Origin: Tubulanus polymorphus | Lineage: Eukaryota; Animalia; Nemertea | Length of the DNA stretch: 64,000 bases | Assembly (NCBI RefSeq): GCF_964204645.1 | Contig: NC_134035.1 | Span: 13,886,686 to 13,950,685, forward strand | Direction of reading: 5' to 3' | Shown here: piece after piece, positions 35,211 to 46,439 of the stretch | How positions within the stretch are numbered: the first letter of the stretch is position 1 | How the letters are laid out: every line of letters starts with the position of its first letter | Notes under the pieces: generated by a model | Database searches by the model: none | What the model was told of the DNA's origin: nothing | Seen by the model: the letters and a program-made list of their open reading frames with translations, nothing else | Made by a program: the position numbers and the translations under genes

Positions 35211-35645
35211 CTCTCAACCAAACCTCACTAAGCGCCAGTCGTCTGATTACTGATTTATCTTGTCAAATTACTGGAAAATTCTAATAAAAATAAAGTGAAA
35301 ATGATGTTTTGATTGAAGAAGAAAGAATGAAAATGAAATGGCGATCTTTTTATTTTGGAAAAAAACAGTATAAAAACAAATTCTGGCATCGTTTCATTCA
35401 CCTATTTATGAATATCGTGTAGTTCTGTGCGTTTAGGTATTTATTAAAATACAGACTGCCGATATTCTGGAATAAATTGTATTTGAATTTACAAGATGGC
35501 GGAACAATTCAAATCAAACATTTATTGATTGATATGAAAATTGATGATAAATCAACTTAGGGCAATTCCTAAATTTAAACTTAATCTCAATACACTTTTG
35601 CAAATATTATAAAATACAATTTTCTAAATATATTCCCACGAGCTT

Positions 35646-35885
35646 GGTGGCAGCACCATACGGTCCCCTAGTGGAATTTCTGTGAACTAATGTAATACTA
35701 CGGACTAGATTATTGACTATTTTCAAAAGTAAGATAGGATCTTTGCCACTCCCGAAATTAATATTAACGCTTTCAGGCAGGGTCCTCAAAAATAAGCATT
35801 TATATTTCAACTACCCGGCGTGCCAGCCGGCAGTATTACATTAGTTCACAGAAATTCCGCTAGGGAACCGTACGGTGCTGCCACC
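35646..35885. mobile_element. MITE with 54-bp TIRs (one per macrosatellite unit; e.g. also 36980-37231)
   Basis: GGTGGCAGCACCGTACGGTCCCCTAGCGGAATTTCTGTGAACTAATGTAATACT and its near-perfect reverse complement. Confidence 0.8.
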
Positions 35886-36442
35886 TAATTTGCGAAGATA
35901 CGGTTCGATGATTGGTTCAATAATCCATCGCGTCATAGCCCGCGAATTTTAAGACTTGGTTAAAAAGATTTGTGTTATAGTCCTTAGATATGTCATTGCA
36001 CAAAATCCTCAGAAGTCAAATAAACTTTACTCCTTTACAAACTTGTGTAAAACTAGAACCAGATTCCAGCAAAAATGAGATGATGCGAAACAGTAATTTT
36101 ATATAAAGAATCATTTATTTACATTTATTTAATACTGTACAAAATTATAACAAGTCACAAATCAATTCACATAGATTTCATTCCATATAAACACCATTTA
36201 TAAACTTCACGTAATTCTTTCTGACTTAAATCTGAAATGAGAACCAGTTACAACAATGAGAACCAGTTACAACAATTCAGTGAACACTTATAAAGTTAAT
36301 TATAATTGAACAAGAAATTCAAAATTATGAAGAAAATAATAAGCAAGTTGACATTTACGACACAAATCTATGAACCATTTGCAAAATGGCTGAGAATTGA
36401 ATCATGTCAAATTCAATAAGTTAATCAAGTGCTATCTACAAA

Positions 36443-36616
36443 GGGATCATTCATTTATTACGTACGCATAAAATGTGTATTTTTCAACCCCCCTCCCCCA
36501 CTGTACTGTAGGCAAAATCGGCCATTTTTTCGTTCCATTTTTATACGCATTACAGTACACAATTGCACTGACCCCCTCCCCCTCCCCTAATGTGTACGTA
36601 ATGGATGAATGACCCG
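36443..36616. mobile_element. Second MITE per macrosatellite unit (GGGRTCATTCATT..TTACGTAC TIR; possibly PIF/Harbinger-like)
   Basis: gggatcattcatttattacgtacgcat ... atgtgtacgtaatggatgaatgaccc. Confidence 0.7.
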
Positions 36617-39600
36617 TAATTGAATTATTGTGAAACACTTATCAATGGAATCAAAGGCGAGGAATGAAAATGAAATGGCGATCTTTTTATTTTGGTAAAA
36701 AACTTTATAAAAACAAATTCTGGCATCGTTTCATTCACCTGTTTATGAATATCGTGTAGTTCTGTGCGTTTAGGTATTTATTAGGTATATACAGACTGCT
36801 GATATTCTGGAATAAATTGTATTTACAAGAAGGCGGCACAATTCAAATCAAACATTTATTGATTGATATGAAAGAAAATTGATGGTAAATCAACCTAGTG
36901 CAATTCCTAAATTAAAACTTTATCTCAATACACTTTTGCAAATATTAGAAAATTATTTTAAATTATATTCCACGAGCTTGGTGGCAGCACCGTACGGTCC
37001 CCTAGCGGAATTTCTGTGAACTAATGTAATACTACGGACTAGATTATTGACTATTTTCAAAAGTAAGATAGGATCTTTGCCACTCCCGAAATTAATATTA
37101 ACGCTTTCCAGCTATAACAGAGGCAGAGTCCTCAAAAATAAGCATTTATATTTCAACTACCCGGCGTGTCAGCCCGCAGTATTACATTAGTTCACAGAAA
37201 TCCCGCTAGGGGACCGTACGGTGCTGCCACCTAATTTGCGAAGATACGGTTCGATGATTGGTTCATTAATCCACGCGTCTTAGCCCGCGAATTTTAAGAC
37301 TTGGTTAAAAGATTTAGTAGTGTTATAGTCCTTAGATATGTCATTGCACAAAATCCTCAGAAGTCAAATAAACTTTACTCCTTTACAAACCTGTCTAAAA
37401 CTAGAATCAGATTCCAGCAAAAATGAGATGATGCGAAACAGTGATTTTATATAAAGAATCATTTATTTACATTTATTTAATACTGTACAAAATTATAACA
37501 CGTCACAAATCAATTCACATAGATTTCATTCCATATAAACACCATTTATAAACTTCACGTAATTCTTTCTGACTTAGATCTGAAATGAGAACCAGTTACA
37601 ACAATGAGAACCAGTTACAAGAATTCAGTGAACACTTATAATTAATTATAATTGAACAAGAAATTCAAAATTATGAAGAAAATAATAAGCAAGTTGACAT
37701 TTACGACACAAATCTATGAACCATTTGCAAAATGGCTGAGAATTGAATCATGTCAAATTAAATAAGTTCAAATTCAATAAGTTAATCAAGTGCTATCTAC
37801 AAGGGATCATTCATTTATTACGTACGCATAAAATTTGTATTTTTCAACCCCCCTCCCCCCTGTACACAAAATCAGCCATTTTTTCGTTCCATTTTTATAC
37901 GCATTACAGTACACAATTGCACTGACCCCCTCCCCTCCCCTAATGTGTACGTAATGAATGAATGACCCGTAATTGAATTATTGTGAAACACTTATCAATG
38001 GAATCAAAGGCGAGGAATGAAAATGAAATGGCGATCTTTTTATTTTGGTAAAAAAATTTTTTAAAAACAAATTCTGGCATCGTTTCATTCACCTGTTTAT
38101 GAATATCGTGTAGTTCTGTGCGTTTAGGTGTTTATTAAATACAGACTGCTGATATTCTGGAATAAATTGTATTTGCATTTACAAGAAGGCGGCACAATTC
38201 AAATCAAACATTTATTGATTGATATGAAAGACAATTGATGGTAAATCAACCTTGTGCAATTCCTAAATTAAAACTTTATCTCAATACACTTTTGCAAATA
38301 TTAGAAAATTATTTTAAATTATATTCCACGAGCTTGGTGGCAGCACCGTACGGTCCCCTAGCGGAATTTCTGTGAACTAATGTAATACTACGGACTAGAT
38401 TATTGACTATTTTCAAAAGTAAGATAGGATCTTTGCCACTCCCGAAATTAATATTAACGCTTTCCAGCTATAACAGAGGCAGGGTCTTCAAAAATAAGCA
38501 TTTATATTTCAACTACCCGGCGTGTCAGCCCGCAGTATTACATTAGTTCACAGAAATCCCGCTAGGGGACCGTACGGTGCTGCCACCTAATTTGCGAAGA
38601 TTCGGTTCGATGATTGGTTCATTAATCCACGCGTCATTGCCCGCGAATTTTAAGACTTGGTTAAAATATTTAGTAGTGTATAGTCCTTAGATACGTCATT
38701 GCACAAAATCCTCAGAAGTCAAATAAACTTTACTCCTTTACAAACTTGTGTAAAACTAGAACCAGATTCCAGCAAAAATGAGATGATGCGAAACAGTGAT
38801 TTTATATAAAGAATCATTTATTTACATTTATTTAATACTGTACAAAATTATAACACGTCACAAATCAATTCACATAGATTTCATTCCATATAAACACCAT
38901 TTATAAACTTCACGTAATTCTTTCTGACTTAGATCTGAAATGAGAACCAGTTACAACAATTCAGTGAACACTTATAAAGTTAATTATAATTGAACAAGAA
39001 ATTCAAAATTATGAAGAAAATAATAAGCAAGTTGACATTTACGACACAAATCTATGAACCATTTGCAAAATGGCTGAGAATTGAATCATGTCAAATTCAA
39101 TAAGTTAATCAAGTGCTATCTACAAGGGATCATTCATTTATTACGTACGCATAAAATTTGTATTTTTCAACCCCCCTCCCCCACTGTACGCAAAATCGGC
39201 CATTTTTTCGTTCCATTTTTATACGCATTACAGTACACAATTGCACTGACCCCCTCCCCCTCCCCTAATGTGTACGTAATGGATGAATGACCCGTAATTG
39301 AATTATTGTGAAACACTTATCAATGGAATCAAAGGCGAGGAATGAAAATGAAATGGCGATCTTTTTATTTTGGTAAAAAACTTTATAAAAACAAATTCTG
39401 GCATCGTTTCATTCACCTGTTTATGAATATCGTGTAGTTCTGTGCGTTTAGGTATTTATTAGGTATATACAGACTGCTGATATTCTGGAATAAATTGTAT
39501 TTACAAGAAGGCGGCACAATTCAAATCAAACATTTATTGATTGATATGAAAGAAAATTGATGGTAAATCAACCTAGTGCAATTCCTAAATTAAAACTTTA

Positions 39601-42600
39601 TCTCAATACACTTTTGCAAATATTAGAAAATTATTTTAAATTATATTCCACGAGCTTGGTGGCAGCACCGTACGGTCCCCTAGCGGAATTTCTGTGAACT
39701 AATGTAATACTACGGACTAGATTATTGACTATTTTCAAAAGTAAGATAGGATCTTTGCCACTCCCGAAATTAATATTAACGCTTTCCAGCTATAACAGAG
39801 GCAGAGTCCTCAAAAATAAGCATTTATATTTCAACTACCCGGCGTGTCAGCCCGCAGTATTACATTAGTTCACAGAAATCCCGCTAGGGGACCGTACGGT
39901 GCTGCCACCTAATTTGCGAAGATACGGTTCGATGATTGGTTCATTAATCCACGCGTCTTAGCCCGCGAATTTTAAGACTTGGTTAAAAGATTTAGTAGTG
40001 TTATAGTCCTTAGATATGTCATTGCACAAAATCCTCAGAAGTCAAATAAACTTTACTCCTTTACAAACCTGTCTAAAACTAGAATCAGATTCCAGCAAAA
40101 ATGAGATGATGCGAAACAGTGATTTTATATAAAGAATCATTTATTTACATTTATTTAATACTGTACAAAATTATAACACGTCACAAATCAATTCACATAG
40201 ATTTCATTCCATATAAACACCATTTATAAACTTCACGTAATTCTTTCTGACTTAGATCTGAAATGAGAACCAGTTACAACAATGAGAACCAGTTACAAGA
40301 ATTCAGTGAACACTTATAATTAATTATAATTGAACAAGAAATTCAAAATTATGAAGAAAATAATAAGCAAGTTGACATTTACGACACAAATCTATGAACC
40401 ATTTGCAAAATGGCTGAGAATTGAATCATGTCAAATTAAATAAGTTCAAATTCAATAAGTTAATCAAGTGCTATCTACAAGGGATCATTCATTTATTACG
40501 TACGCATAAAATTTGTATTTTTCAACCCCCCTCCCCCCTGTACACAAAATCAGCCATTTTTTCGTTCCATTTTTATACGCATTACAGTACACAATTGCAC
40601 TGACCCCCTCCCCTCCCCTAATGTGTACGTAATGAATGAATGACCCGTAATTGAATTATTGTGAAACACTTATCAATGGAATCAAAGGCGAGGAATGAAA
40701 ATGAAATGGCGATCTTTTTATTTTGGTAAAAAAATTTTTTAAAAACAAATTCTGGCATCGTTTCATTCACCTGTTTATGAATATCGTGTAGTTCTGTGCG
40801 TTTAGGTGTTTATTAAATACAGACTGCTGATATTCTGGAATAAATTGTATTTGCATTTACAAGAAGGCGGCACAATTCAAATCAAACATTTATTGATTGA
40901 TATGAAAGACAATTGATGGTAAATCAACCTTGTGCAATTCCTAAATTAAAACTTTATCTCAATACACTTTTGCAAATATTAGAAAATTATTTTAAATTAT
41001 ATTCCACGAGCTTGGTGGCAGCACCGTACGGTCCCCTAGCGGAATTTCTGTGAACTAATGTAATACTACGGACTAGATTATTGACTATTTTCAAAAGTAA
41101 GATAGGATCTTTGCCACTCCCGAAATTAATATTAACGCTTTCCAGCTATAACAGAGGCAGGGTCTTCAAAAATAAGCATTTATATTTCAACTACCCGGCG
41201 TGTCAGCCCGCAGTATTACATTAGTTCACAGAAATCCCGCTAGGGGACCGTACGGTGCTGCCACCTAATTTGCGAAGATTCGGTTCGATGATTGGTTCAT
41301 TAATCCACGCGTCATTGCCCGCGAATTTTAAGACTTGGTTAAAATATTTAGTAGTGTATAGTCCTTAGATACGTCATTGCACAAAATCCTCAGAAGTCAA
41401 ATAAACTTTACTCCTTTACAAACTTGTGTAAAACTAGAACCAGATTCCAGCAAAAATGAGATGATGCGAAACAGTGATTTTATATAAAGAATCATTTATT
41501 TACATTTATTTAATACTGTACAAAATTATAACACGTCACAAATCAATTCACATAGATTTCATTCCATATAAACACCATTTATAAACTTCACGTAATTCTT
41601 TCTGACTTAGATCTGAAATGAGAACCAGTTACAACAATTCAGTGAACACTTATAAAGTTAATTATAATTGAACAAGAAATTCAAAATTATGAAGAAAATA
41701 ATAAGCAAGTTGACATTTACGACACAAATCTATGAACCATTTGCAAAATGGCTGAGAATTGAATCATGTCAAATTCAATAAGTTAATCAAGTGCTATCTA
41801 CAAGGGATCATTCATTTATTACGTACGCATAAAATTTGTATTTTTCAACCCCCCTCCCCCACTGTACGCAAAATCGGCCATTTTTTCGTTCCATTTTTAT
41901 ACGCATTACAGTACACAATTGCACTGACCCCTCCCCCTCCCCTAATGCGTACGTAATGAATGAATGATCCCCAATTGAATTATTGTGAAACACTTATCAA
42001 TGGAATCAAAGGCGAGGAATGAAAATGAAATGGCGATCTTTTTATTTTGGTAAAAAACTTTATAAAAACAAATTCTGGCATCGTTTCATTCACCTGTTTA
42101 TGAATATCGTGTAGTTCTGTGCGTTTAGGTATTTATTAAATACAGACTGCTGATATTCTGGAATAAATTGTATTTACAAGAAGGCGGCACAATTCAAATC
42201 AAACATTTATTGATTGATATGAAAGAAAATTGATGGTAAATCAACCTAGTGCAATTCCTAAATTAAAACTTTATCTCAATACACTTTTACAAATATTAGA
42301 AAATTATTTTAAATTATATTCCACGAGCTTGGTGGCAGCACCGTACGGTCCCCTAGCGGAATTTCTGTGAACTAATGTAATACTACGGACTAGATTATTG
42401 ACTATTTTCAAAAGTAAGATAGGATCTTTGCCACTCCCGAAATTAATATTAACGCTTTCCAGCTATAACAGAGGCAGAGTCCTCAAAAATAAGCATTTAT
42501 ATTTCAACTACCCGGCGTGTCAGCCCGCAGTATTACATTAGTTCACAGAAATCCCGCTAGGGGACCGTACGGTGCTGCCACCTAATTTGCGAAGATTCGG

Positions 42601-43419
42601 TTCGATGATTGGTTCATTAATCCACGCGTCATTGCCCGCGAATTTTAAGACTTGGTTAAAAGATTTAGTAGTGTTTTAGTCCTTAGATATGTCATTGCAC
42701 AAAATCCTCAGAAGTCAAATAGACTTTACTCCTTTACAAACTTGTCTAAAACTAGAACCAGATTCCAGCAAAAATGAGATGATGCGAAACAGTGATTTTA
42801 TACAAAGAATCATTTATTTACATTTATTTAATACTGTACAAAATTATAACACGTCACAAATCAATTCACATAGATTTCATTCCATATAAACACCATTTAT
42901 AAACTTCACGTAATTCTTTCTGACTTAGATCTGAAATGAGAACCAGTTACAACAATGAGAACCAGTTACAACAATTCAGTGAACACTTATAAAGTTAATT
43001 ATAATTGAACAAGAAATTCAAAATTATGAAGAAAATAATAAGCAAGTTGACATTTACGACACAAATCTATGAACCATTTGCAAAATGGCTGAGAATTGAA
43101 TCATGTCAAATTCAATAAGTTAATCAAGTGCTATCTACAAAGGGATCATTCATTTATTACGTACGCATAAAATTTGTATTTTTCAACCCCCCTCCCCCTC
43201 TGTACGCATAATCGGCCATTTTTTCATATACATTCAGCATTACAGTACGCAATTGCTCTGACCCCTCCCCCTCCCCTAATGTGTACATAATGAATGAATG
43301 ACCCCCAATTGAATTATTGTGAAACACTTATCAATGGAATCAAAACCTTGGGGCAAAGTTAACTGCTGCAATTTCTTCATTGTTATTTTCGCGAGCTTTT
43401 GTCACTATGGTAATATTTT

Positions 43420-46398
43420 TAACTATGGTAATTAGGTTTTGAGAACTCACTTTGTAAATTGAGTTTTTCGAGGATTTCGCGAGTTTCCGTTTTACTCTCC
43501 ATATTACTGATCAGATTCACCGGTTTAATCGTCGGCATGGCGATGTCGTAATAGATGTATATTTTACCGGTAAACGTAACGTAAACCAACGCCGGAACAT
43601 TTACTCCTGGATTAACAGCAAAATTACCTGCAATTTAAATATACCATTACATCAAAGATCAGATATTAGGACACTGGGACAGCCCCCGATAAACCCCAGT
43701 CGTTATAACAATGATATGATATACCTGCACAAAATGCTGCTACATTCTCATCAAACAGAAATCTAATAACTTCTTTATTGTAGTTGATGATATAAGTTTG
43801 ACCGTCCCAGGAACATGTGACTACTTCATCTTGACCATCTCCCTACAATAATTCAATCAATATCATCTATAAAATCCACAGTTCTGGACACAGTTCCACA
43901 ATCCAGTTCCACAGATCTGGAAACAGTTCCACAATCCAGTTCCACAGTTCTGGACACAGTTCCACAATCCCGTCCCACAGTTCTGGACACAGTTCCACAG
44001 ATCTGGAAACAGTTCCACAATCCAGTTCCACAGTTCTGGACACAGTTCCACAATCCCGTCCCACAGTTCTGGACACAGTTCCAAAATCCCGTTCCACAGT
44101 TCTGGACACAGTTCCACAATCCCGTCCCACAGTTCTGGACACAGTTCCAAAATCCCGTTCCACAGTTCTGGACACAGTTCCACAATCCAGTTCCACAGAT
44201 CTGGAAACAGTTCCACAATCCCGTTCCACAGTTCTGGACACAGTTCCACAATCCAGTTCCACAGATCTGGAAACAGTTCCACAATCCAGTTCCACAGTTC
44301 TGGACACAGTTCCACAATCCAGTTCCACAGATCTGGAAACAGTTCCACAATCCCGTTCCACAGATCAGTCTGCAGACATTAGATTGATAGCAGCTGATTT
44401 GATACTTACCATAACATCAAGTTTTCCCAGTGAGAAGAATTGTTGTTCTAACTGCATGAACCACTCCACAACTTCATTCTCCAGTAATATCACAGTACCT
44501 ACACAGAAATACAGTAGTATCACAGTACCTACACAGAAATACAGTAATATCACAGTGCCTACACAGAAATACAGTAATATCACAGTAACTACACAGAAAT
44601 ACAGTAATATCACAGTACCTACACAGAAATACAGTAGTATCACAGTACCTACACAGAAATACAGTAATATCACAGTACCTACACAGAAATACAGTAATAT
44701 CACAGTACCTACACAGAAATACAGTAATATCACAGTACCTGCACAGAAATACAGTAATATCACAGTACCTACACAGAAATACAGTAATATCACAGTGCCT
44801 ACACAGAAATACAGTAATATCACAGTACCTACACAGAAATACAGTAATATCACAGTAACTACACAGAAATACAGTAATATCACAGTACCTACACAGAAAT
44901 ACAGTAATATCACAGTACCTACACAGAAATACAGCAATATCACAGTACCTACACAGAAATACAGTAATATCACAGTACCTACACAGAAATACAGTAATAT
45001 CACAGTACCTACACAGAAATACAGTAATATCACAGTACCTACACAGAAATACAGTAATATCACAGTACCTACACAGAAATACAGTAATATCACAGTACCT
45101 ACACAGAAATACAGTAATATCACAGTACCTACACAGAAATACAGTAATATCACAGTACCTACACAGAAATACAGTAATATCACAGTACCTACACAGAAAT
45201 ACAGTAATATCACAGTGCCTACACAGAAATACAGCAATATCACAGTACCTACACAGAAATACAGTAATATCACAGTACCTACACAGAAATACAGCAATAT
45301 CGCAGTACCTACACAGAAATACAGTAATATCACGGTACCTACACAGAAATACAGTAATATCGCAGTACCTACACATAAATACAGTAATATCACAGTACCT
45401 GCACAGAAATACAGTAATATCGCAGTAACTACACAGAAATACAGCAATAGCGCAGTACCTACACAGAAATACAGCAATATCACAGTACCTACACAGAAAT
45501 ATTGAGATTGAGGATTTACCCAATTTCCCCCTGGTGCAGGTTGATGAAACTGCAGTTTAATGCTTACCGTCCAGTGTAGAAAGAGCGCAATGAATCACTG
45601 GTTTACCATCTTTAATTTTACCGGTTTTTAACCCGCCCAGCGCAACCGTGGTTACGTTTGAACTGCGAACGAGAGCCGATCCTAACGGGTAATATACCAC
45701 AGACGGACCTAAATGTTTATCGCTATAGCGACAAAACAAAAACAAACAATCAATATTCTTCATACATCAGACATTTTAATTGGATACTAAAACTAACATT
45801 ACCATGGCGACGCATCAGACGCATCTGACGGTTCAACGCTTCGAATCAACTTCACAAAACTGCCACCAGGCTGCGCTACTAGTAATTCAATATGGCCGTC
45901 TAAATCATGACTGACAGTGATAGACCCAACCTGTCAATATATAATACACATCTGTATACCGGGTTGCACCCAACAGAAATCAGGACTGAAATCTAGAGGA
46001 TCGGGTTTTCAATATAGGAAGATATGCCTCAAGTTGGGACAGGAGATTACAGGAGAACTGGAGAGAAGGGTCAGTTTTTGTAAGGATACTGATTATCTGT
46101 CAATAATCCTGGGACAGGGTCCAGGCTGCTGCTGCTGCTGAGGAGTACAGCGTCCAGTCTGCTGCTGCTGCTGCTGTATCAGTAGCTGCTGCTGCAGCTT
46201 GTTTCAGTAGCTGTTCCTACAGCTGTATCATGAGCTGCTGCTGTAGCTGTATCAGTAGCTGCTGCGGCTGCTGCTGTATCAGTAGCTGCTGCGGCTGCTG
46301 CTGCTGCTGCTGCTGCTGCTGCATCAGTAGCTGCTGCTGTAGCTGTATCAGTAGCTGCTGCTGCTGCATCAGTAGCTGCGGCTGCTGCTGTATCAGTA

Positions 46399-46439
<41 letters not shown>

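Larger units (their letters stand above)
35325..43344. repeat. Macrosatellite: 6 tandem copies of a ~1.33-1.35 kb unit (starts ~35325, 36662, 38015, 39340, 40693, 42016)
   Basis: Unit begins 'gaatgaaaatgaaatggcgatc'; copies 2/4 and 3/5 share diagnostic variants (2678-bp higher-order period). Confidence 0.97.
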
